From: Ghiorsea sp.
Lineage (GTDB): Bacteria; Pseudomonadota; Zetaproteobacteria; Mariprofundales; Mariprofundaceae
Assembly: GCA_027055255.1 (NCBI GenBank)
Contig: JALUNK010000225.1
Span: 1 to 46,579 of the forward strand
Length of the DNA: 46,579 nt
Direction of reading: 5' to 3'
The translations under genes and the position numbers were made by a program. The notes beneath the pieces are model-generated. The model had not been told where the DNA came from, searched no databases, and worked only from the letters and a program-made list of their open reading frames with translations. Every line of letters starts with the position of its first letter. The first letter of the stretch is position 1. Shown here piece by piece: positions 46,251 through 46,579 of this stretch.

Positions 46251-46579
46251 CTACTTAAGCTTTTTAAGCTTTGATTGTGCTGTTTCAAGCTCTGTTAATT
46301 TCGCTTCCAAGCCTGCTAAATCTGCACGAGCCTTGGTGACCACTGCTTCAGGTGCGCTGGCAACAAACTTATCATTGTTTAACCTGCCTTTAAGCCCGCC
46401 CATTTCTTTTTCGATTTTCTCCATGTTTTTAGCAACACGGGTTAGTTCTTCGGCTACGTTCACAAGACCTGCAAGCGGCAAGAAGATTTTAAGCTCAGAA
46501 AGCGGGGCAAGGGCTGCGTTTTCCACTTCTGCATCCGCATCCAGCCAGACAATGCTTTCCAGCTTGGCAAGGCTCATCA
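46251..46579 (-). CDS. valS: Valine--tRNA ligase, C-terminal portion (truncated by window edge)
   Basis: FLPLAGLVNVAEELTR..LNNDKFVASAPEAVV..coiled-coil arm. Confidence 0.93.
   Translation of the reverse strand, partial: MSLAKLESIVWLDADAEVENAALAPLSELKIFLPLAGLVNVAEELTRVAKNMEKIEKEMGGLKGRLNNDKFVASAPEAVVTKARADLAGLEAKLTELETAQSKLKKLK

Overview
Bacterial chromosomal window of moderate-to-low GC. Gene content and protein style resemble Zetaproteobacteria such as Mariprofundus/Ghiorsea, but this is inference and was not checked against a database. Left end (1-3.6 kb): accessory patch with a partial higB-higA toxin-antitoxin pair, an ORF6N DNA-binding gene, an unusual TPR-like/2x cNMP-binding protein, a SAM methyltransferase and REP-like repeats. 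Core: rsgA, a glycosyltransferase, rpoZ-[MITE]-spoT-ridA-antiporter-gluQ, an ~10.7 kb phosphate cluster (porin-pstSCAB-phoU-DUF47-pit, divergent from cNMP-domain gene-phoB-phoR, with Pho boxes), ihfA-merR-tRNA-Pro(GGG), ndk-lysS-CBS-ArsB/NhaD-lolC/E-cNMP-lolD, hybrid kinase, trxB, class III cyclase, rluC-like, pilU, MYG1, GST, U32 peptidase and psd. Right end: an AT-rich restriction-modification cassette (C-box, C protein, HNH nuclease, SsoII-like C5 methyltransferase) immediately after the valS 3' end. Most notable observations: (1) two 39-bp mini-inserts with conserved ends and a covarying hairpin, nested in two different REP-like palindromes; (2) an R-M system pairing an SsoII-like methyltransferase with an HNH nuclease that has a putative EcoRII-N/B3-like N-terminal domain; (3) a cNMP-fold protein translationally coupled to phoB behind a Pho box; (4) a 21-aa-periodic YRG repeat inserted in a cNMP-binding pocket.
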